A stretch of 6,416 nucleotides of DNA, from assembly GCA_046536775.1 (NCBI GenBank), contig JAWDMD010000022.1:1-6416 (forward strand), in the 5' to 3' direction. Positions 1 through 5,085 of the stretch are shown in pieces; position 1 is the stretch's first letter; the number at the start of each line of letters is the position of its first letter. The translations under genes were made by a program, and so were the position numbers. The notes beneath the pieces were generated by a model that searched no databases, had not been told where the DNA came from, and was given only the letters and a program-made list of their open reading frames with translations. The DNA is from Candidatus Nanopusillus sp. (GTDB lineage: Archaea; Nanobdellota; Nanobdellia; Nanobdellales; Nanobdellaceae).

Positions 1-392
1 CGGTTTGCGACATCGATGTCGTCTCTCCCCATCCTGGTGGTGCAGAAGCCGCCAAGGGTGGGGGTGTCCACCCATTAAAGGGGATCGTGAGATGGGTTCA
101 GAACGCCGCGAGGCAGTTCGGCTATACCTGTCGGAAGTGTTGGCTGCCTGAGGGGAAGGTCCACCTAGTACGAAAGGAACGGTGGACCGGGGCCTCTGGT
201 ATACGGGTTGTCCGAGAAGGGCATGCCCGGTAGCTACGCCCTAAGGGATAAGCCCTGAAAGCATCTAAGGGTGAAGCCCTCCTTAAAAATAGGCAGCCAT
301 TAAGGGGTCGGATAAAAGATCCGACTTAGAGCGGCGGTGTAAGCTCCGAAAAGGAGTTCAGCCGACCGCTTGAAGTTCCCGTGAGACTATAT
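1..392 (+). rRNA. rrl: 23S (LSU) rRNA, 3'-terminal ~390 nt (end of domain V plus domain VI); the gene continues upstream of the window and the exact mature 3' end is uncertain (~385-395)
   Basis: Direct matches to universally conserved LSU blocks, in the order found in 23S: ATCGATGTCG (12-21, peptidyl-transferase-centre strand), GGGTTCAGAACG (94-105), CTAGTACGAAAGGAACGG (165-182, sarcin-ricin loop), GAAAGCATCTAAG (257-269) and a terminal CCCGTGAGAC (378-387) resembling the CCGTGAGGC near the E. coli 3' end. G+C is about 60%, against about 23% in the flanking coding DNA. There is no long ORF. Confidence 0.93.
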
Positions 393-393
393 A

Positions 394-410
394 TTCCCTC
401 GACCCCAAAT
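394..410 (+). other. 23S 3' trailer motif TTCCCTCGACCCCAAAT; possibly the 3' strand of an rRNA processing stem
   Basis: This is the last G+C-rich stretch after the conserved 23S end. It resembles the trailer after the 16S gene (TTCCGCTGCAATCCCCAAAT, minus strand 6334-6315); both start with TTCC and end with CCCCAAAT. The 5' partner strand would lie outside the window, so the role is inferred. Confidence 0.4.
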
Positions 411-411
411 C

Positions 412-1905
412 TTATTCAATATTATAGTATTTTAAAACATTCTCTTTATTATAATAATACATTTGTACAATTTTGCTAAATGTTTGAAAATCAGAAATAT
501 TTAATTCAGATAATCTATATAATAATTTTACTCTTGTAACATATTCTTCATATATTTCTTTATATTTTATTCCATAATCGTTTTCAATTAATCTAAATAA
601 ATACTTTTTAGGATTTTCTAAATATTCTCTTTTAAAAGGATTCCATTTATATGAAATATTAAATCTATTATGCTTTATAATTTCATTAACTTCCTTAATT
701 CTTCTTAGATTTGTTCCAAGAAAATTATCATGTTGCATTATTACAACAACATTTAATAATTCAATTAATGTCGGAGATAAATTTATTGGCGGTGTTGTTA
801 ATCTGCTTATTAATGATCTTGTACTTTCAGCATGCATTGTTGATAAAGAAGAATGACCAGAAGCCATTCCTTGGAACATTACATACGCTTCTTCTCCTCT
901 TATTTCTCCTACAATCACATAATCAGGTCTTTGTCTAAAAGACATCCTCAGTAATTCAAACATATCAATTTCCCTATTTTTATCAGAAGAATATTTTACT
1001 ACAGAGGGAATCCAATTTGGATGATATAACTTTATTTCTCTTGTATCCTCAATTGAAACAATCCTAGCATTTGGTGGTATAAACATAGATATTGCATTCA
1101 ACATTGTTGTTTTTCCAGAAGCAGTACCACCTATTATAATTATATTTTTTCTAAATTCTACTGCTAACCATAAGTATGCAAATATCTCTGGAGTTGCACT
1201 TCCCAATCTTATCAATTCTATTGGAGTCCATGGAATTTCTCTAAACTTTCTTATTGTAAATGTTGGACCATTTGTAGTAATTTCCTGCGAATATGTAGCA
1301 TTAAATCTTGATCCATCTGGTAATGTTGCATCCAAAATTGGTTCTGCATACGATATATGTTTTCCAGCCCTTAATGCAAATTTTTCAATTAGATCTCTAA
1401 TTTCTTTATCATTTAAAATTATATTTGTCTTTAAATTTCCAAAATATCTATGAACAATAAATATTGGATAATTTGGACCAGAACATTCAATATCTTCAAT
1501 TAATGGGTCTCTTAATAAAGAATCTACTTTATTATATCCATAAAGATCTCTAAAAATATAATAAAATATTTTTTCATAAGAAGATTGTCCCAACTTTATT
1601 CCTAGATCATTTAATACAAAATCATATAATCTTTGTAAATAATTTATAGCATCGTTTAAATTATTAATTTCAGATAATTTAATATATAATAGCTTTTCAA
1701 TATAAGAAATTATATTTCTATATATTTTTTCTTCATTTTCAGTTAATTCTGGTTCTATTATTTCATAGATAAGATCATATGTACTTCTATCGAAATATAT
1801 ACGCGCATAGGAAAAAGGCTCTACAATTGGGTAAGTTATATTGGTTTCAAATTTATTTTTAGGTACATTTATTTTTATATCATTAATAAATTTAATGCTT
1901 ATCAT
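412..1905 (-). CDS. Type II/IV secretion-family hexameric ATPase (archaeal FlaI/ArlI - PilB/TadA/VirB11 superfamily), 497 aa
   Basis: Walker A GGTASGKTT (aa 259-267, nt 1105-1131, checked against the DNA). Asp box IEDTREI (aa 284-290). Walker B region RPDYVIVGEIRGEEA (aa 326-340). His box GHSSLSTMHA (aa 350-359). Size and motif order match the T2SSE family (Pfam PF00437). The sequence alone does not distinguish an archaellum motor from a pilus assembly ATPase. Confidence 0.9.
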   Translation of the reverse strand: MISIKFINDIKINVPKNKFETNITYPIVEPFSYARIYFDRSTYDLIYEIIEPELTENEEKIYRNIISYIEKLLYIKLSEINNLNDAINYLQRLYDFVLNDLGIKLGQSSYEKIFYYIFRDLYGYNKVDSLLRDPLIEDIECSGPNYPIFIVHRYFGNLKTNIILNDKEIRDLIEKFALRAGKHISYAEPILDATLPDGSRFNATYSQEITTNGPTFTIRKFREIPWTPIELIRLGSATPEIFAYLWLAVEFRKNIIIIGGTASGKTTMLNAISMFIPPNARIVSIEDTREIKLYHPNWIPSVVKYSSDKNREIDMFELLRMSFRQRPDYVIVGEIRGEEAYVMFQGMASGHSSLSTMHAESTRSLISRLTTPPINLSPTLIELLNVVVIMQHDNFLGTNLRRIKEVNEIIKHNRFNISYKWNPFKREYLENPKKYLFRLIENDYGIKYKEIYEEYVTRVKLLYRLSELNISDFQTFSKIVQMYYYNKENVLKYYNIE

Positions 1906-1947
1906 GATAAAAGATTAATATACTCCAGAATATATAAACTATTCATA
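1906..1947. promoter_or_regulatory. 42-bp divergent promoter region with two criss-crossed TATA-like boxes
   Basis: TTAATATA (1915-1922, + strand) lies at -33..-26 from the ATG at 1948. TTTATATA (reverse complement of 1931-1938) lies at -33..-26 from the ATG at 1905. Archaeal TATA boxes centre about 26-27 nt upstream of the transcription start, so both transcripts would start at or near their ATG. Caveat: TATA-like strings are common in DNA this AT-rich. Confidence 0.5.
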
Positions 1948-3327
1948 ATGATTAATAAAAATGTTCTAATAAACTTAGAAAGGGATATAGAAGAAATAGA
2001 GAGATATATCAATAAATTAAAAAATATTGTAAAGGAAATAAAGAAAAAGGAAGAAATGAAGAGATATTATCATAAATTATATTTGGATGGGTATTTTGAT
2101 GAAAAAGAATATAAAAGAAGAATAACAATAATTGAAAAGAAAATAAAATATCTAGATAGATCAAAATATTTAACATTGTATGATCTAATTAATTTAATAA
2201 ATAATAGTCAAAAAATAATAGAATTTCTAAAGAATATAGAAGAAAAAAGTGAAGAAGAAAATAAAAATATTCAATATTATCAAATGAAGATAGATGATAC
2301 AATAAATTATATTAATCAAGTTTATCCAGAAATATTTAAAAAAGAAGAAATAAAGATTGGTAAAAGATTTATTGAAGCGTCAAATGTACTATCTAGAAAG
2401 AGGGAAGAAAAAAAGAAAAAAACAAAAGTTAAATTAAAATTAACCGAAGAGCACAAAATAGATTATTATCAAGAGATTAAAAATATATTAATAAGATTTT
2501 CATATAGAATATTTGGAGGTATATCCAAAAGAATTTTAAATAGTAGTCCAAAATTATATTTCTATTTAAAATACTCATTAAAGGAAGCATATTATAATAT
2601 AGAACCTGATGAATTATTATCTGTTATGTTTTCTTTTTTATCAATTATTATACTTATCTCGATCTTTATTTCATTATACCTATTAAATATTTTCTATTTA
2701 ATTTATGGTGTACTAGCATTTTTATCTGTAGCAGGATTACTTATTTTATATTTTAATTATAAAAAACAGAGTATAGTGGAAGATATAAATAGGAATCTAC
2801 CATTTGCTATAATACATATGGCCTCATTAGCAGATGCTGGAATAGAAATAAAGTATGTAATAAAAATAATAAGTGAAACTGAGGAATATGGATATTTATC
2901 AAAAGAATTTAAAAAAATATATGATAAAATAAATTTGGGAGAAGGTTTAGTGGAATCATTAAGAGCTGTTGCTGATGATACATTATCAAAAGATCTAAAA
3001 GATTTTTTGGAAGAATTAATATTAACAATTACATCCGGGAGAAAGATATCAGAATTTTTAATATTATATTCTCAGCAGGAGATGATTAGATATAATACCT
3101 TTTTAAAGAAAATTAATCAAGTAATGAAGACATTTTCAGATCTATATGTAGGAATGGTATTAACAATTCCAATGATAATAATATCTGTTGGAGTAATGTT
3201 ATTGTCAATATTACAACAAACATATAATATGAATATTCAGGGAATATTAGAAGTAATTACATATATAGGATTACCGGTTATTAATGTTGGCTTTATAGTT
3301 CTGTTTGATAAATTAACAAAAGAATGA
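1948..3327 (+). CDS. Half-size FlaJ/TadC/PilC-like platform membrane protein (one T2SSF domain) with a ~170-aa K/E-rich coiled-coil N-terminal extension, 459 aa
   Basis: Aa ~281-400 (NRNLPFAIIHMASLADAGIEI...LGEGLVESLRAV...ITSGRKISEFL) fit the cytoplasmic T2SSF pattern (Pfam PF00482). Hydrophobic spans flank this domain: aa ~223-268 (two TM helices) and aa ~400-452 (two TM helices). Aa 1-170 are charged, heptad-like and low complexity. The gene lies head-to-head with the secretion ATPase. Confidence 0.8.
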   Translation: MINKNVLINLERDIEEIERYINKLKNIVKEIKKKEEMKRYYHKLYLDGYFDEKEYKRRITIIEKKIKYLDRSKYLTLYDLINLINNSQKIIEFLKNIEEKSEEENKNIQYYQMKIDDTINYINQVYPEIFKKEEIKIGKRFIEASNVLSRKREEKKKKTKVKLKLTEEHKIDYYQEIKNILIRFSYRIFGGISKRILNSSPKLYFYLKYSLKEAYYNIEPDELLSVMFSFLSIIILISIFISLYLLNIFYLIYGVLAFLSVAGLLILYFNYKKQSIVEDINRNLPFAIIHMASLADAGIEIKYVIKIISETEEYGYLSKEFKKIYDKINLGEGLVESLRAVADDTLSKDLKDFLEELILTITSGRKISEFLILYSQQEMIRYNTFLKKINQVMKTFSDLYVGMVLTIPMIIISVGVMLLSILQQTYNMNIQGILEVITYIGLPVINVGFIVLFDKLTKE

Positions 3328-4148
3328 AGGAAGAAATAATTGATATATCTATTATTATAATAACTATATTTTTATTTTATTTCATATTTAATTTTAATAT
3401 TTTAAATTCAATTGTAACTGGAATAATAGTTGGCATATTTCCTTATTTAATCTATCAAACAATTGCTAATAATATAGAAAAAGAAAAAGAGGAACAATTT
3501 ATTAGATTTTCAATTGATTTAATTGGATTATTGAAATCTGGATTATCCTTACCAATTGCATTAAAACAATTAGAAAAAAATGATTATGGAAGAATTAATG
3601 AATTGATAAAAAATCTGTCCTCAAGAATTGACTGGGGTATTAGTATTGAAGATTCGTTTACAGAATTTGCAGAGGAAAGTAATAATAGAATGATTAAGAG
3701 AACAATACAATCTTTAATAGATATATATAAAGAAGGGGGGAATCTTGAACAGGGTTTGGAAGCAATTATAAATAGTATAATGGAGATTAGAAAGATAAAA
3801 GAAGACAAAAAAGCAGAGATGCATGAAAATATAATTCATTCTTATATTGTATTTGCTTTTTTCTTAGGTATAGTATTTACATTTCAAGTATTTTTATTGC
3901 CTTTCTTACAAATTTCATTACCTGGACAAGCATCAAATGTTAATTTTAATTTTATTAATGATCTAATGTATTATATGTCAATAATTCAGGCAGTTTTTGC
4001 TGGATTATCGATGGGAAAGATGTATGATGATTCATATAAAGCTGGAGCAAAATATGTAGCAATATTTCTATTTATGGTTATAATATTATTTAATATAATA
4101 AACCCAATTGTTCCAAAAGGTATGTTTTTAATAAATATAAATATGTAA
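3324..4148 (+). CDS. Second half-size FlaJ/TadC/PilC-like platform membrane protein (one T2SSF domain), 274 aa
   Basis: Two N-terminal TM helices (aa ~7-46). A T2SSF-like cytoplasmic domain at aa ~57-165 (FIRFSIDLIGLLKSGLSLPIALKQL...WGISIEDSFTEFA...YKEGGNLEQGLEAI). C-terminal TM helices carrying the FlaJ-like QAVFAGLSMGKM motif. Its start overlaps the upstream stop as ATGA (3324-3327), which suggests translational coupling. Confidence 0.8.
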   Translation: MKEEIIDISIIIITIFLFYFIFNFNILNSIVTGIIVGIFPYLIYQTIANNIEKEKEEQFIRFSIDLIGLLKSGLSLPIALKQLEKNDYGRINELIKNLSSRIDWGISIEDSFTEFAEESNNRMIKRTIQSLIDIYKEGGNLEQGLEAIINSIMEIRKIKEDKKAEMHENIIHSYIVFAFFLGIVFTFQVFLLPFLQISLPGQASNVNFNFINDLMYYMSIIQAVFAGLSMGKMYDDSYKAGAKYVAIFLFMVIILFNIINPIVPKGMFLININM

Positions 4149-4150
4149 AA

Positions 4151-4564
4151 TTATTTCTTTGCTGCTTTCATAAACCTAGAAGATTTAGAAGCTCCAACAC
4201 CTGGTGCGGAGTGCTGAACTTTCTTTGTTGTATATGCAAATTCTCCCAATCTTTTTCCAACCATTTCTGGTTTTATTTCAAATTCAACAAATTCTTTTCC
4301 ATTATGTACTCCAACTTTTGCACCGACGATTGAAGGTAATATAACAATCTCTCTTGAATGTGTTTTTACTGTTTTCTTATATTTTCCTTGTAATTGTAAA
4401 TAGCATTTTCTATAGAAATTTTCCCATTCTGGTGGAAATCCAATTTTCAATCTTCTTAATAACGCCCTTCTTGTCCCACTATCTGCAACTTTTTGAGCAA
4501 ACTCTTCAATACTCATATTTTTTAATTGATCCAATGTATATCCTCTAATCATGAATTCTGGCAT
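4151..4564 (-). CDS. rps19: 30S ribosomal protein uS19 (archaeal S19p / eukaryotic S15e type), 137 aa
   Basis: The whole protein matches the archaeal uS19 pattern: RGYTLDQLKNMSIEEFAQ, THSREIVILPSIVGAKVGVHNGKEFVEFEIKPEMVGKRLGEFAYTTKKVQHSAPGVGASKSS (Pfam PF00203 core). Confidence 0.93.
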   Translation of the reverse strand: MPEFMIRGYTLDQLKNMSIEEFAQKVADSGTRRALLRRLKIGFPPEWENFYRKCYLQLQGKYKKTVKTHSREIVILPSIVGAKVGVHNGKEFVEFEIKPEMVGKRLGEFAYTTKKVQHSAPGVGASKSSRFMKAAKK

Positions 4565-4586
4565 TATTTATATTTAATGTATAATT

Positions 4587-4594
4587 TTTATAAA
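4587..4594 (-). promoter_or_regulatory. Putative TATA box (palindromic TTTATAAA) for rps19, overlapping the stop codon of the upstream ORF
   Basis: It lies at -23..-30 from the rps19 ATG (4564), the same leaderless geometry seen at the other transcription-unit starts. The call is weak because of the AT-rich background, and rps19 may simply be co-transcribed with the upstream genes. Confidence 0.35.
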
Positions 4595-5085
4595 TAATAT
4601 TTTGAAAGGTAGTCCAAGATATTTTTTATGCCAGAAACATATTTCTCTTTCATAGAAATTATTTCATATATAAAATTTAGCATATCTTTATAATCTGTAA
4701 ATATCTGGGGTTGTTTATTTAGATATTTTGATATATAATATTCTGAAATATTATATCCAATGTTATAGAAATATTTATTATTCTTTTGGATTAAATATTT
4801 ATACTTTTCCTCTTTTTTATAATTATATAATAAAAAAGATAAAAATACACCTTCTATTGGTAATATTAATATTGAGTTTTCCTTTATTTCAATTTCTTCA
4901 ATTTTTTTATATATATTTAAATTAATTTTAAATTCCATATTAAATTTTTTGTCTATTTTGTTTATTATATCTAAAACAAAATCCCTAGTATTTGATTCCA
5001 ATGCAATTATGTTTATATTAGAATCTTTTTTGAATTTTTTTGAATTTCTAATTTCCCTTCTTGTCAATTTTTCATATATATTCAT
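4588..5085 (-). CDS. Hypothetical protein, 165 aa, no family recognised; translationally coupled to the upstream tgtA
   Basis: An uninterrupted ORF fills the whole gap between tgtA and rps19 on the same strand. Its ATG overlaps the tgtA TGA as ATGA (5085-5082, checked in the DNA). The protein is K/N/I/Y-rich, has very few Gly and shows no catalytic motif I can recognise. Confidence 0.55.
   Translation of the reverse strand: MNIYEKLTRREIRNSKKFKKDSNINIIALESNTRDFVLDIINKIDKKFNMEFKINLNIYKKIEEIEIKENSILILPIEGVFLSFLLYNYKKEEKYKYLIQKNNKYFYNIGYNISEYYISKYLNKQPQIFTDYKDMLNFIYEIISMKEKYVSGIKNILDYLSKYYL

Noticed and set aside
393-420. Abrupt G+C drops at ~395-410 and ~6319-6335 as boundaries of a horizontally acquired island or a chimeric assembly
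   Set aside because: The G+C-rich parts are exactly the structural rRNA sequences. AT-rich thermophile genomes characteristically keep G+C-rich rRNA. Both boundaries coincide with rRNA 3' ends and carry a shared trailer motif, which argues for native context.
711-938. 75-aa ORF on the + strand inside the ATPase gene
   Set aside because: It lies entirely antisense to a well-supported ATPase CDS, opposite the Walker B/His-box region. The product is Leu/Phe/Ile-rich and low complexity, as expected for a shadow frame in AT-rich DNA. It has no promoter context or recognisable motifs.
1906-1947. A small RNA or tRNA gene in the only sizeable non-coding gaps (1906-1947, 4565-4587, 6291-6334)
   Set aside because: The gaps are 42, 23 and 44 nt, too short for a tRNA or 5S rRNA. 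Apart from the 16S trailer they are almost pure A/T, with no stem potential of the G+C-rich kind seen in this organism's structural RNAs.
2401-2445. Purine-rich low-complexity tract (AGGGAAGAAAAAAAGAAAAAAACAAAAG...) as a possible repeat, CRISPR-like or slippery element
   Set aside because: It is in frame and encodes the REEKKKKTKVKLKL charged segment of the coiled-coil extension. There is no periodic repeat/spacer structure. The homopolymer A runs could be prone to sequencing errors, but the reading frame is intact.
2097-2978. TGATGA hexamers (2097-2102, 2607-2612, 2973-2978) as possible C boxes of C/D-box sRNAs embedded in the platform gene
   Set aside because: No CTGA D box lies at the expected 50-70 nt downstream on the same strand. 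There is no terminal stem and no G+C enrichment like that of the rRNAs. The hexamers are explained by the codons they encode (D-E, D-D).
3300-3330. The junction of the two platform ORFs as a frameshift that disrupted a single flaJ gene (pseudogene)
   Set aside because: The junction is a clean ATGA stop/start overlap, as at the tgtA/ORF165 junction. Each half has a complete, self-contained TM - T2SSF - TM architecture, and both ORFs remain open to natural ends. This looks like a functional two-gene arrangement rather than decay, though a historical split cannot be excluded.
3584-3808. 74-aa ORF on the - strand inside the second platform gene
   Set aside because: It is antisense to the conserved T2SSF domain of a supported CDS. 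The hydrophobic low-complexity product is typical of a shadow ORF.
4354-4548. 64-aa ORF on the + strand inside rps19
   Set aside because: It is antisense to an unambiguous uS19 gene and has no independent support.
4728-4925. 65-aa ORF on the + strand inside the 165-aa hypothetical gene
   Set aside because: It is shorter than the minus-strand ORF and lacks that ORF's operon logic (ATGA coupling to tgtA, exact filling of the gap to rps19). Its Tyr/Ile/Phe-rich composition is typical of an AT-rich shadow frame. Neither ORF has homology support, so this rejection is less certain than the others.
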